Positions 27,357-36,525 of a stretch of 64,000 nucleotides of DNA are shown here, one piece after another (positions within the stretch are counted from its first letter, which is position 1; each line of letters opens with the position of its first letter). The translations under genes and the position numbers were made by a program. Origin of the DNA: Candidatus Peribacteria bacterium (GTDB lineage: Bacteria; Patescibacteriota; Gracilibacteria; Peribacterales; Peribacteraceae); assembly GCA_043776335.1 (NCBI GenBank), contig JAYVRL010000006.1:33011-97010 (forward strand), given 5' to 3'. The notes below the pieces were generated by a model that saw nothing but the letters and a program-made list of their open reading frames with translations, searched no databases and was not told the DNA's origin.

Positions 27357-28940
27357 ATGTCATTCACTGTCAGACCTGTCCGTGAGGAGAGGAAGTCATC
27401 GAAGAGGATCCGCAAGTACGTGCTGATCGGCACAAGCTTGCTCGAAGCGGGCGTGCACCTGTATCGCAGCATGATGAAAGAGCATGAGGAAGAAGTGAAA
27501 CAGGAACATCGCGTGCGCTTCCTGAAGCGAACCGTAACGATTTTGCTGTCCGGCCTTTTGATCCTGATCCTGCTGATCGGCACGCTGAAGATCTTGGTGC
27601 GATTGAAGGCGATTTCCTTGGACAACATGGTCTCAGCCGTCAGCGCGACACTCCCGAAAGACGATCACGGATTCACGAACGTGCTCCTCCTCGGCGTCGG
27701 TGATGACGATCATGACGGCGTGGATCTCACGGACACCATCATGGTGCTGAGTCTGGATCCCGACAAAACGAAAGGCGCCGTGATGCTCTCGCTGCCGCGC
27801 GACATCGATCTCCTCGGAACCGAGAAAATGGGCAAAGGACGCATCAACAGTCTCTATCGCGATTACAAAACGTCGCTGATCCGACACGGCACCGAACGAA
27901 GGCAGGCATCGACGGAAGCGCTCAAACAATTCGCGGCGGAGATCGGCACGCTCATCGGCTTGGAGATCCACGGCGTGATCAAGCTCAACTTTTCGGGCTT
28001 CGAGAAAGCGATCGACGCTCTCGGCGGCATCGACGTCATCGTGCCGGAGGATATCGTGGACACGGAGTATCCGGGCCCGAACTACACCTATGAAACCTTC
28101 TCGATTGCAAAAGGCCCTCAACACCTCGACGGCGCGACTGCGTTGAAATACGCGCGCAGCCGACACTCCACGAGCGACTTCTCCCGTTCCGGCCGCCAGC
28201 AACAAATCATCACGGCGGCTTCTGAGAAAGCGAAAAAGATGGGCATCGTGACGAACGTGAGCAAAATCACCGAAATCATGAGCATCGTCGCCTCGAACAT
28301 GGAAACAACGTTCGGGACTCGCGAGCTGCTCGGCCTCGTGCAAATGGGCAAGAAGATCGATCAGAAAAAAATGGTGAACATGCAGCTGTCGGATCAAAGC
28401 GGCCTCTTCGACGGGTATGCCGGCCGCGGAGGATTCCTCTACTCGCCGCCGCGCGAACAGTTCGACGGTGCCGCGGTGCTGCTCCCCGTCTCCATTCCGG
28501 AGTTTCCGGTGACGTGGAAGCAGGTACAAACGCTCGGGAAACTCTTATTCTTGAACCGTGAAGCCTTCGTCCATCCGCCGACGGTCATGATCCTCAATGC
28601 GGGCTCCAAAGAAGGATCGGCGCGCAAGCTTGGCGGCGAACTGATCCGCTACGGATTTGATGTGATCAAAACGCGCAATTATTCGAAGAGCCCGAACCCG
28701 TCGTTTGACCATTCTTCAATCGCGGTCAATCCGTCACCCTCGGATGACGCCAAAGACGCCGTCGTCGTCGCCGGTCGATTGGAGAGGGCGCGCTACTCAC
28801 TCCTCCTGCTCTCGAAGATCCTCGGCGTGAAGCAGTCCGAAACGCCCGATCCGACGAGTTTCGGCGACGAACAACCTGATCTTGTCATCGTTCTCGGCAA
28901 GGACTTCCACTACACTCCACTTCAAGATCTCGTTCGTTAG
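27357..28940 (+). CDS. LytR-CpsA-Psr (LCP) family cell-envelope phosphotransferase
   Basis: ORF 27276 (TTG)..28940 trimmed to ATG 27357. TM, then LLLGVGDDDHDGVDLTDTIMVLSLDP and ALKYARSRHSTSDFSRSGRQQQI, both typical LCP motifs. Has an extra C-terminal LytR_C-like region. Confidence 0.8.
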   Translation: MSFTVRPVREERKSSKRIRKYVLIGTSLLEAGVHLYRSMMKEHEEEVKQEHRVRFLKRTVTILLSGLLILILLIGTLKILVRLKAISLDNMVSAVSATLPKDDHGFTNVLLLGVGDDDHDGVDLTDTIMVLSLDPDKTKGAVMLSLPRDIDLLGTEKMGKGRINSLYRDYKTSLIRHGTERRQASTEALKQFAAEIGTLIGLEIHGVIKLNFSGFEKAIDALGGIDVIVPEDIVDTEYPGPNYTYETFSIAKGPQHLDGATALKYARSRHSTSDFSRSGRQQQIITAASEKAKKMGIVTNVSKITEIMSIVASNMETTFGTRELLGLVQMGKKIDQKKMVNMQLSDQSGLFDGYAGRGGFLYSPPREQFDGAAVLLPVSIPEFPVTWKQVQTLGKLLFLNREAFVHPPTVMILNAGSKEGSARKLGGELIRYGFDVIKTRNYSKSPNPSFDHSSIAVNPSPSDDAKDAVVVAGRLERARYSLLLLSKILGVKQSETPDPTSFGDEQPDLVIVLGKDFHYTPLQDLVR

Positions 28941-28962
28941 GAACGGTTCTTTCCCCGCCACG

Positions 28963-29865
28963 ATGCTCACTCCGCGAGAGATCATCGCTCAAGCTTGGGC
29001 CGTCACGACGACCGAGCCCGCGCTGAAACGCTGGGGATTTTTCGGCGCGTTCTTCGAGATCCTCCTCGATGTGAAACTGCTCGTGTACCAGATCTACTTC
29101 ATCTACAGCTACTTCCGCGGCGAAGGCGGAGGTCTCTTCGACATTGAGATCATGCTCTACAACAGCATCCCCTTCTGGCTCTTCATCACGATCGTCGTCA
29201 CCTTCATCGTCCTCGTGATCATCGAGCTCTTCGTGCCGAGTCTGGCGGACGGCGCGATCATCGGACTCACGGCGAAAGCCCACAACAAAGAAAAGGTGAG
29301 CGGCGGATTCGTCCTCGCTCTCTACAATTTCTTCCCGATTCTCGCCGTTCACGAAGTCTTCATCTTCTCGAGCCTGTCGATTTTCGTCACGGCGATCTCC
29401 ATCATTCTTCGTTATGGAGAGGGGCTGCGCTATCTGCTGGTGGTCGTCGCCACGCTCATTTGGATCATCTCGAACATCATGAAGTTCTTCAGCAGCTTCA
29501 CGGAACCCGGCGTCGTCATCGAGAAGCTGAGCATGTTCGAATCCGGAGCCAAAAGCGTCAAACTCATCATGAGCTACATGCCGCACGTGATGTTCCTCGC
29601 CATCCTGCTGATCGTGATCTCCATCCGCATCATCATCAACACGCTCATCATCATCCTCGTGCCGCTGGCCATGGCCGGCAGTAGCGTGCTCCTCGCCTAC
29701 GTCTTCCAACCGCTGATGAGCTATGCCATCGCGGGCTTCATCGGGCTCATCCTCACGATGGTCTCGGCCTACTTCTTCGCCTACCTCCACGTCTTCAAAC
29801 AAGCCGTCTGGACGATCATGTACATGGAGCTGATCAAAGAGAAGGAATTGGATAAGATCGGCTGA
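28963..29865 (+). CDS. polytopic membrane protein, unknown function
   Basis: ORF trimmed to ATG 28963 (MLTPREIIAQAW...). About 6-7 hydrophobic helices. The antisense 305-aa ORF is a D/E/R-rich artefact. Confidence 0.6.
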   Translation: MLTPREIIAQAWAVTTTEPALKRWGFFGAFFEILLDVKLLVYQIYFIYSYFRGEGGGLFDIEIMLYNSIPFWLFITIVVTFIVLVIIELFVPSLADGAIIGLTAKAHNKEKVSGGFVLALYNFFPILAVHEVFIFSSLSIFVTAISIILRYGEGLRYLLVVVATLIWIISNIMKFFSSFTEPGVVIEKLSMFESGAKSVKLIMSYMPHVMFLAILLIVISIRIIINTLIIILVPLAMAGSSVLLAYVFQPLMSYAIAGFIGLILTMVSAYFFAYLHVFKQAVWTIMYMELIKEKELDKIG

Positions 29866-29897
29866 GATGCATCATGCCTTTTCTTTCCAATCTCTCC

Positions 29898-29930
29898 TTA
29901 CTTTCTTTCTCTGCCCGAGAAAGAAAGTAA
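29898..29930. repeat. perfect 14-bp inverted repeat (hairpin)
   Basis: TTACTTTCTTTCTC-tgccc-GAGAAAGAAAGTAA. Confidence 0.85.
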
Positions 29931-30049
29931 CAAAGAAAGCGCACCAAAAAACCAAACCGACCCACACACCCCCTCCTGTGGTTTTTGGTTCCCACCCTTC
30001 GATGCTTTTGTACTTCAATTGAAAAAGTAATTCAGCTCCAAGGGTAGGT

Positions 30050-30118
30050 GTGCGCCGCAGATGGGGGTGAGCGGGCAAGCGATGTCGCTTCACACGACAT
30101 CGCGGGGTATCGGCGCAC
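30050..30118. repeat. nested inverted repeats (69-nt double hairpin)
   Basis: Outer arms GTGCGCCG (30050-30057) and CGGCGCAC (30111-30118). Inner arms GCGATGTCG (30079-30087) and CGACATCGC (30095-30103), with loop CTTCACA. Confidence 0.8.
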
Positions 30119-30131
30119 GCGGTTTTCTTTC

Positions 30132-30162
30132 GCCCTTTCTTTTCCGCGCAAAAAGAAAGGGC
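30132..30162. repeat. perfect 12-bp inverted repeat (hairpin)
   Basis: GCCCTTTCTTTT-ccgcgca-AAAAGAAAGGGC. Shares the CTTTCTTT/AAAGAAAG core with the hairpin at 29898-29930. Confidence 0.85.
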
Positions 30163-30242
30163 AAGAAGGTTACTGAGACAAAAAAAGAACCATCCAGTCA
30201 GGCAAACAAAGAAAGCTCAAAATCTGCGACAAACAAAAATGC

Positions 30243-30287
30243 TTGACGGTGAACAACCGTCCACCTATCATGGTGTACGTTTGTTCC
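30243..30287 (+). promoter_or_regulatory. lexA promoter (TTGACG-17-TATCAT) overlapped by two GAAC-N4-GTTC-like SOS boxes
   Basis: -35 at 30243-30248 and -10 at 30266-30271. GAACAACCGTCC at 30251-30262 and GTACGTTTGTTC at 30276-30287 each differ by one base from the Cheo-box core GAAC-N4-GTTC. Confidence 0.45.
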
Positions 30288-30297
30288 CCACACTGTC

Positions 30298-30903
30298 ATG
30301 ACCCTGACACCCCACCAACGCACCGTGCTGAACTACATCACGGAATTTCAGAACAAACGGGGGTACTCGCCTTCTCTTGCCGATCTGGCCATAGCCTTCG
30401 GCGTACGGAGCAAGAACTCCATCGCGAAAGTGGTGAACACGCTCGTGCACGAGAAACAAATCGAGAAAGATCCGAAAGGTCGCATCAAGATCGTGTCGAT
30501 GCCCCAAGACGACGTGCCGCTGCCGATGTCATTGCCTCTCTTCGGCCCGATCGCGGCCGGTTTCGCCGCGCCCGTGGAAGAACATGCGGAAGAAAAAATT
30601 ACCCTTGAAAATTATCTCGTGAAAAATCGCGCCGCGACCTTCCTGCTCCGCGTGAAAGGCGACAGCATGATCGGCGCGGGCATTCGCGAAGGAGATCTGG
30701 TCGTCGTCGAACGCTCCCGACAACCGAAAATCGAAGACATCGTCGTCGGCGTGATGGACGGCGAGTTCACGCTGAAACGCTTGAAGAAAGACAAAGGCAA
30801 ATTCTATCTGCAAGCGGAGAATCCGGATTATCCAAACTTGTACGCGATGGAAGAACTGAAAGTGGCGGGAGTAGTCACAGGCACGATCAGGAAATACTAC
30901 TAA
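30298..30903 (+). CDS. lexA: LexA repressor (wHTH + S24 peptidase)
   Basis: 201 aa. N-terminal wHTH (GYSPSLADLAIAFGVRSKNSIAKVV), cleavage region PIAAGFAAP and S24 catalytic core VKGDSMIGAGI...FTLKRL. Confidence 0.9.
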   Translation: MTLTPHQRTVLNYITEFQNKRGYSPSLADLAIAFGVRSKNSIAKVVNTLVHEKQIEKDPKGRIKIVSMPQDDVPLPMSLPLFGPIAAGFAAPVEEHAEEKITLENYLVKNRAATFLLRVKGDSMIGAGIREGDLVVVERSRQPKIEDIVVGVMDGEFTLKRLKKDKGKFYLQAENPDYPNLYAMEELKVAGVVTGTIRKYY

Positions 30904-30904
30904 A

Positions 30905-32098
30905 ATGATCGCTCACATCGACGCGGATTCTTTCTTCGCTTCAGTGCTGGTGCGGACGCACCCTCACCTGCGCGGGAAGCCGCTTTTCGCCATCGGCATG
31001 GGCGGAGGTTGCATCATCGCCGCCACGTACGAAGCCAAAGCCAAAGGAGTGAAGACTGGCATGCGCCTCTCGGAGGCGCGAGCACTGTGTCCGGGAGCCG
31101 TCGAAATGGCGGCTGACTTCAGAGAAACGGGATTGGCGTCGGAACAAATTGAATCGGTGCTCAAAAATGTCTGCCCGCGCGTCGAACAAACGTCGATCGA
31201 CGAGTGGTATCTCGATCTGGCGTGCCTTGTCGGCGGCTTGCCCGTACACGCCGAAGCATGGGCGAAAGACATGCAAAAAAGCATTCTTGAAAACGCAGGT
31301 CTCTCCGTTTCCATCGGCGTGGCGCACACGAAACTCCTCGCAAAGATGGCAGGCGAATATCGAAAACCAGCAGGTGTCACTGTTGTTGAAAAGAAGAACC
31401 GAGAAGCCTTCCTTCGTGATCGCCCCGCGGCGGCGATCCCCGGCATCGGACCTCAACGCCGCGTGAAGACGGATGCGATGGGATGGAAAACGGCGTGGGA
31501 CATCGCGAGCGCCTCGGATGAAACTCTTACTCGGATCTGCGGAAAACCTGGCGTGGAGATGAAATGCGAGCTGCTTGGGCAACGTCTCTTCGAAGTGACG
31601 GAAGACACGCGTCCGCCGAAGTCGATCTCGCGCTGTCGGACATTCAAAGGAACGACGGACCTGAGCCTCGCCAAAGCGCATCTGCTGAAACATCTGGAAT
31701 ACTGCACGATGAAGATGCGGCGCCACGGACTGCAATGCACCGACGTTTCCGTTTGGCTCCGCACGGCCGACTTCGCCTACGCCGGCACGCATAAAAAACT
31801 GCCCGACGCTTCATCGACGGTCTCGACCATCCTGCCGACGGTGAGTGCGGCATTTTCCGCGCTCACGAAAATCCAACGACGCTGGAACCAAGTTGGGCTC
31901 GCGCTGCACGGCTTCAAATCAACGGAATCGAGGCAAGTCTCGCTCTTCGAAGATCCTCAGGTGGCGATTAACGAAGAGAATCTGCAGGCCGCGATGGACA
32001 GTCTCCACGCGCGCTTCGGACGGGACAGCCTCACTCGGGCTTCGGCGCTCTCGGTTTCCTCGGGGACGAAGCGGGAGGTCGAGCTGCCCTGCGTCTGA
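30905..32098 (+). CDS. dinB: Y-family translesion DNA polymerase (DinB/UmuC-like)
   Basis: 397 aa. MIAHIDADSFFASV N-terminus, EAKAKGVKTGM, SIDEWYLD catalytic motif. Starts 2 nt after the lexA stop. Confidence 0.85.
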   Translation: MIAHIDADSFFASVLVRTHPHLRGKPLFAIGMGGGCIIAATYEAKAKGVKTGMRLSEARALCPGAVEMAADFRETGLASEQIESVLKNVCPRVEQTSIDEWYLDLACLVGGLPVHAEAWAKDMQKSILENAGLSVSIGVAHTKLLAKMAGEYRKPAGVTVVEKKNREAFLRDRPAAAIPGIGPQRRVKTDAMGWKTAWDIASASDETLTRICGKPGVEMKCELLGQRLFEVTEDTRPPKSISRCRTFKGTTDLSLAKAHLLKHLEYCTMKMRRHGLQCTDVSVWLRTADFAYAGTHKKLPDASSTVSTILPTVSAAFSALTKIQRRWNQVGLALHGFKSTESRQVSLFEDPQVAINEENLQAAMDSLHARFGRDSLTRASALSVSSGTKREVELPCV

Positions 32099-32384
32099 CG
32101 ACCGTCTGTTCGGTCACATCAACGATTTCCGCATGCGTAACCGCCGTCTGATTCATGATCATGGGGTACGCGGCCCTTGCATCGTCGCCGGCGTCATCGA
32201 GATGCTGCACGACGATATTCCTGCCTCCGAGAGCTGCGGAAAGAAGACCATCCAAATCTTCACGCACGGTATCCGTGACCACAACCATCGTGCCGTCCTT
32301 CCTGCCGTGGCTGAACATCACGCGATGTTCCCGCACGAGAGCGTCGGACAGATCATTGGCGGTCGGCTTGCTGAAAGTCGTCAT
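32031..32384 (-). CDS. hypothetical acidic protein (leaderless candidate)
   Basis: 117-aa ORF. ATGGCA-17-TAGAAT (32391-32419, minus strand) ends 6 nt before the ATG. The last ~22 codons overlap the dinB 3' end and are R/P-rich, so the true end or reality of the gene is uncertain. Confidence 0.35.
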   Translation of the reverse strand: MTTFSKPTANDLSDALVREHRVMFSHGRKDGTMVVVTDTVREDLDGLLSAALGGRNIVVQHLDDAGDDARAAYPMIMNQTAVTHAEIVDVTEQTVVRRRAARPPASSPRKPRAPKPE

Positions 32385-32463
32385 GAAGAAATTCTACGGA
32401 ACGAACCGACGAATGCCATAAAATATCGACGGCATGCCTGAAAATGGCTTTGGAATGCGAAAA

Positions 32464-35196
32464 TTATGCCAGCTGCTTCAGACGCTCCTCGATCTTCTTG
32501 AGCTTCTCCCGCGCCTCGAAAAGCTTGGCTTTCTCGCCGTCCACGAGTTCTTTCGGGGCACGATCGACGAACGCTTTGTTCGAAAGCTTGCCCGAGAGCG
32601 TCGCTACGTACTTCGTGAGATCGGCCTGTTCTTTCGAGAGACTTTCTTTGAGCTTAGCGGGATCGAACAGACCTTCGAGTGACAAATGCACCTCGATGTC
32701 GGCGAGATACGCACTCGCCGCGTTCTGATGCTTCGTCGCCCTCTCATCAATCGTAATCGTCTCGATGTGTCCCATGCGCAGAATGTGCTCTTGCTGAGAC
32801 TTGAGAAGCTCGGCGTGCTTCTTGGAGTGCACGAACACCGTGATCTTCTTACCCGCTTCGACATTCTGCTCGGCGCGAAGGCGCCTGACTGTGGAAATCA
32901 CTTCAATCAGCACCTGGAGCTGATCGAATGCCTTTTGATTTTTGCGCTTTTGCTTCACTGTCGGCCAACACTCCGAGATCAACGGCTTCGCAGCTTTGCG
33001 TTTCACGTGCGCCCACAACTCTTCGGTGACGAACGGGCAATACGGATGCAAAAGTTTCAGGATTCTGCGTAAAACGTGCACCAAGACAGCGGGGTTGGAC
33101 GTGCCTTTGCTGAGCTCCAAATACCAATCGCAAAAGTAATCCCAGACGAAACTGTAGAGCTTGTCGCCCACCTCGCTCAAACTGTATTTCTCCAAACCTG
33201 CGGTCACTTCTTCGATCAGCACCTCCGATGCATGAAGTACCGCCTGGTCGGCGAGCGAGAGCGATGAGGCTTCGGGCAGCGTTTCGATGGTCATCGGATC
33301 AATCCCCGCCTGTTCGCACTGCAAGAGCACGAAGCGCGATGCGTTCCAGAGCTTGTTGATGAAGTTGCGATAGCCTGCGATTTTCTCTTCATAGAGGCGT
33401 GAATCGGCACCCGGACTCTGACCGACGATCATCGAGAGGCGGAGTGCGTCGGCGCCGTACTTCGGGATGATGTCGAGCGGATCGATCATCGTATCGGGAT
33501 CGGACTTGCTCATTTTGCGACCGTCGCGCGTGCGGATGAGACCGTGGAGATAGACTGTCTTGAACGGGATCTGCCCCGTGGCGTACGTCGTCATGAGGAT
33601 CATGCGCGCCACCCAGAAAAAGAGGATGTCATAGCCCGTCTCCATCACGGCAGTCGGATGAAATGCTTGGAAATCAGGACTGCGTTCGAGGATCTGTTCA
33701 AGCGAAAGACTCGTGTCTTCGGTCAGTGTCGGATCGACAAGCGTGCTCCACGTCCACATCGCGGAGCTGAACCACGTGTCGAGCGTATCGGTGTCTTGCT
33801 CCACGGGAGATCCGCAGAGATCATGCGTCGTGAAAGGCTTCGTACCGACGTAACCGAGCTCCAAAGGACTGCCGTCGCTGTTCTTGCATTTGGTGCAGTA
33901 GAAAACGGGTACTCGATGTCCCCACCAAATCTGGCGGCTGATGCACCAGTCGCGCAGGTTGTCGATCCAGTGGAAGTATGTCTTCTCGAAACGATCGGGG
34001 ATGATCTTGATATCCCCGTGATGAATCACGGAATGCATGATTTGTTTCAAGCTCATCTTCTCCGCCTTCTTGGCGCCCGCGCGCTTCCAATCAACGACTT
34101 CTTTATTGACGTCGATGAACCACTGCAACTTGATTTGCGGCTCCAACACTCCCCCGCCGCGCTGCGAGACGGCTTTGTTATGCACGTAATTCTCATCGGT
34201 CTTTACGACCAAACCTTTGGACTGCAATTTCTCGACGATCAAGGGCCGCGCTTCTTCGATCTTCATGCCGGCGAACTCACCCGCGATGTCGAGGAGGCGT
34301 CCGTCAAAACCGATCACTTGCTCCTTCTCAAGACCGTGACGCTCGGCGATGCCGAAATCGATGTGATCGTGCCACGGCGTGATCGTCATGACGCCCGTGC
34401 CGAACTCGGGGTCGACGGATGCGTCTTTGATCACCGTTGCGCGCACGAGTCCGTTGATCCACTCAGCCTCGAACGTGTCGCCGTGCTTGTATTTCTTGTA
34501 CCGCTTGTCCTCGGGGTGCATGACGACGTACTTGTCGCCGAATTTCGTCTCCGGACGCGACGTGCTGATCTCGAAGGGACCGTATTTGAACGTAAAAAAC
34601 GGCGCTTTCTCCTCTTTGTAGTCGACTTCATCATCCGACACAGTCGTCTGCAGCTTCGGATCCCAATTCACGATGCGATGACCGCGATAGATCAAGCCGT
34701 CATTCTTCATCTTGCAGAACACTTCGTTCACGCAGCGGTTCAGCGCAGGCTCGAACGTGTAGCGCTCGCGGCTCCAATCGCAAGAGCTGCCCATCTTGCG
34801 GACTTGCGAACGAATCGTGTTCTGGCTCTTGCCCACGAACTCCGCGATCTTCGCGACGAGCTTCTCGCGACCGAGTTCTTTGCGCGGATCTTTCATGCCT
34901 CCTTCTTTCAGCTGCTTGATGACAACGTTCTCCGTGGCGATGGCGGCGTGATCCGTACCCGGCACCCAGAGAGCACGCTTGCCTTGCATCCTCGCGAAAC
35001 GAATGAAGATGTCCTCGAGCGCGAGCATCACGGCATGGCCGAGGTGCAGCTGACCCGTGGCGTTCGGCGGCGGCATGCTGACCGTGAACGGCTCGCCGTC
35101 TTCAGGGCACGACTCCGGTTTGAACGCACCGCTGTCCTCCCACATTTTGTAGATGCGATCTTCGGTCACCTTCGGATCGTAGGCTTTCTCCAACAT
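32464..35196 (-). CDS. valS: valine--tRNA ligase
   Basis: 910 aa. HIGH-type motif PPPNATGQLHLGHA, KMSKS motif (GRKMSKSDP), an editing domain and a C-terminal coiled coil. Confidence 0.95.
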   Translation of the reverse strand: MLEKAYDPKVTEDRIYKMWEDSGAFKPESCPEDGEPFTVSMPPPNATGQLHLGHAVMLALEDIFIRFARMQGKRALWVPGTDHAAIATENVVIKQLKEGGMKDPRKELGREKLVAKIAEFVGKSQNTIRSQVRKMGSSCDWSRERYTFEPALNRCVNEVFCKMKNDGLIYRGHRIVNWDPKLQTTVSDDEVDYKEEKAPFFTFKYGPFEISTSRPETKFGDKYVVMHPEDKRYKKYKHGDTFEAEWINGLVRATVIKDASVDPEFGTGVMTITPWHDHIDFGIAERHGLEKEQVIGFDGRLLDIAGEFAGMKIEEARPLIVEKLQSKGLVVKTDENYVHNKAVSQRGGGVLEPQIKLQWFIDVNKEVVDWKRAGAKKAEKMSLKQIMHSVIHHGDIKIIPDRFEKTYFHWIDNLRDWCISRQIWWGHRVPVFYCTKCKNSDGSPLELGYVGTKPFTTHDLCGSPVEQDTDTLDTWFSSAMWTWSTLVDPTLTEDTSLSLEQILERSPDFQAFHPTAVMETGYDILFFWVARMILMTTYATGQIPFKTVYLHGLIRTRDGRKMSKSDPDTMIDPLDIIPKYGADALRLSMIVGQSPGADSRLYEEKIAGYRNFINKLWNASRFVLLQCEQAGIDPMTIETLPEASSLSLADQAVLHASEVLIEEVTAGLEKYSLSEVGDKLYSFVWDYFCDWYLELSKGTSNPAVLVHVLRRILKLLHPYCPFVTEELWAHVKRKAAKPLISECWPTVKQKRKNQKAFDQLQVLIEVISTVRRLRAEQNVEAGKKITVFVHSKKHAELLKSQQEHILRMGHIETITIDERATKHQNAASAYLADIEVHLSLEGLFDPAKLKESLSKEQADLTKYVATLSGKLSNKAFVDRAPKELVDGEKAKLFEAREKLKKIEERLKQLA

Positions 35197-35349
35197 GCGC
35201 GAAGTGTACCAGAATCCTCTCCCACGAAGCGGCAGAGACGCCGATCCCGAACGGACTGCCGTTTTCGACAGAGATAAGAGGCGAAAGCGAATAACCCGAA
35301 GTCAAAAAATCTTCGGTTTTTTCCTTCACAAGAAACGAAACATTGTATC

Positions 35350-35814
35350 ATGTACTCCATGAAGAAGGTGCCAAGATGGTCGGCAAAGGAATCGCGATTC
35401 CTCCACAGAGGAAACATCAGCCAATTCGGCCGTGATACCCGCGACTTTCACATTCGTGCGGACGGACCGCTGGAAACCATGGGAGCTCCCGTCATGACCG
35501 CGGCGGCGGCGATCGCCAAACTGCCGAACGCCATCGTCGGCTCCTTCAGTCCGGAAGAAGCCATCCCGCTCGGCGAAGGCGGATTGAAATACACCGCACT
35601 TGACATCAAATCGATCGGAGGCAACGCGGTCGGCGCCATGAAAAATCTTCTCACGTTGCATCCCGTCAAAGCGCTCGGCAATGTCGTCGCAGGCACGTTC
35701 GATGCGCTCGACGTCGTCACGGTCGACCCGCTGCTCGACGTCGGCTCGGGGGTCTTCGGGCATCAACAAAAAGTTCGCCGCGGGATGAACGCCGCTCTCA
35801 CCCAAGCCGCGTAA
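35350..35814 (+). CDS. hypothetical protein (A/G/V-rich)
   Basis: 154-aa ORF. The opposite-strand 177-aa ORF is R/D-rich and typical of antisense in GC-rich DNA. Confidence 0.45.
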   Translation: MYSMKKVPRWSAKESRFLHRGNISQFGRDTRDFHIRADGPLETMGAPVMTAAAAIAKLPNAIVGSFSPEEAIPLGEGGLKYTALDIKSIGGNAVGAMKNLLTLHPVKALGNVVAGTFDALDVVTVDPLLDVGSGVFGHQQKVRRGMNAALTQAA

Positions 35815-35963
35815 TGCTGGAAACCGCGGAATCACCGCTGATCGAAGGTGCGGAAACATTCATCCACAGCCCGCTTTTTGTGAATGCGGCGACAGTTGTC
35901 GTGGGCGCGGCGCTGATCATCGGGGGTTTTCGATATCTCTATCGCAAAGCGGTCGGCGGATGA
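35814..35963 (+). CDS. 49-aa single-TM protein (below ORF-track cutoff)
   Basis: Read manually. The ATG overlaps the upstream stop (TAATG). MLETAESPLIEGAETFIHSPLFVNAATVVVGAALIIGGFRYLYRKAVGG, stop TGA at 35961-35963. Confidence 0.4.
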   Translation: MLETAESPLIEGAETFIHSPLFVNAATVVVGAALIIGGFRYLYRKAVGG

Positions 35964-36017
35964 TTCTGGAAAAAAAGGCCGTTTTCTGCTAGAATAAGAG
36001 CGAATCAACACACATTC

Positions 36018-36224
36018 ATGGTCAACGTTCCTCCGATCACACCGCTCGAAGCTCCGGCTCTGCCGAACGCGCCGATGATGGCTCCGGCACAATTTGCCGC
36101 GAACAGCGTCGGCAAGATCGCAGGATTTCTCGGTGCGCTCGCGGGACCGGTATTGACCTTGGCTCTCGCGGGCATGGGGCTCAAAATGATCATCACGGGG
36201 GAGAAGCCGAAGTTTTTGAAGTAA
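36018..36224 (+). CDS. 68-aa small membrane protein
   Basis: Proline/alanine-rich N-terminus then TM IAGFLGALAGPVLTLALAGMGL. TAGAAT -10-like box at 35989-35994. Confidence 0.45.
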   Translation: MVNVPPITPLEAPALPNAPMMAPAQFAANSVGKIAGFLGALAGPVLTLALAGMGLKMIITGEKPKFLK

Positions 36225-36267
36225 AAACTTGGTTGCCACTCGGCGCGATGCGACTACAATTCGGCGT

Positions 36268-36525
36268 ATGCCGAATTACGAATTCCGTTGTCAGTCGTGC
36301 AACAAGCAATTCATGAAATCCTTGCCATTCGGTTCGAAGGAGCTGCCGCCGTGCCCCGTCTGCAACCGCGTGACGAAGCGTCTCATCACGCCGCCGATGG
36401 TGCACTTCAAAGGCAGCGGATTCTACAAAACCGACAACGCAAAACTGTCATCCGAATCGACAGGCACCCCGCCGCCTGAAGCAGCGAAAAAGCCGGACAC
36501 CGCACCGCCTCCGGCAGCCGTATGA
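36268..36525 (+). CDS. FmdB-family zinc-ribbon protein (CxxC_CxxC_SSSS)
   Basis: ORF trimmed to ATG 36268. MPNYEFRCQSCNKQF...CPVCN...FKGSGFY is the canonical FmdB-type signature. Confidence 0.75.
   Translation: MPNYEFRCQSCNKQFMKSLPFGSKELPPCPVCNRVTKRLITPPMVHFKGSGFYKTDNAKLSSESTGTPPPEAAKKPDTAPPPAAV

Noticed and set aside
28885-29802. 305-aa minus-strand ORF extremely rich in D/E/R/H
   Set aside because: It is the mirror image of a hydrophobic membrane-protein gene. The composition is an artefact of reading F/L/I/V codons backwards.
29872-30093. 73-aa minus-strand ORF upstream of lexA
   Set aside because: It is encoded largely by the palindromic repeats. Its hydrophobic and basic stretches mirror the CTTTCTTT/AAAGAAAG cores, and I found no start-site signals.
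30050-30118. tRNA-like element with an 8-bp 'acceptor' stem and a 9-bp stem closing a CTTCACA loop (a UCA anticodon would read UGA)
   Set aside because: It has no T arm or variable arm (only 7 nt between the inner stem and the outer 3' arm). It has a pyrimidine at the position-37 equivalent and no D-arm pairing. TGA is clearly used as a stop in this window. I treat it as a palindromic element, not a suppressor or Sec tRNA.
33544-35277. 577-aa plus-strand ORF
   Set aside because: It is antisense to valS, which has unambiguous HIGH/KMSKS motifs.
35197-35349. T-box-like sequence (cTGGTACacttCGCG) just upstream of valS on the minus strand
   Set aside because: It is only a partial resemblance to AGGGUGGUACCGCG. 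The whole upstream region is ~150 nt, with no specifier stem, no downstream terminator, and the ATG follows 2 nt later.
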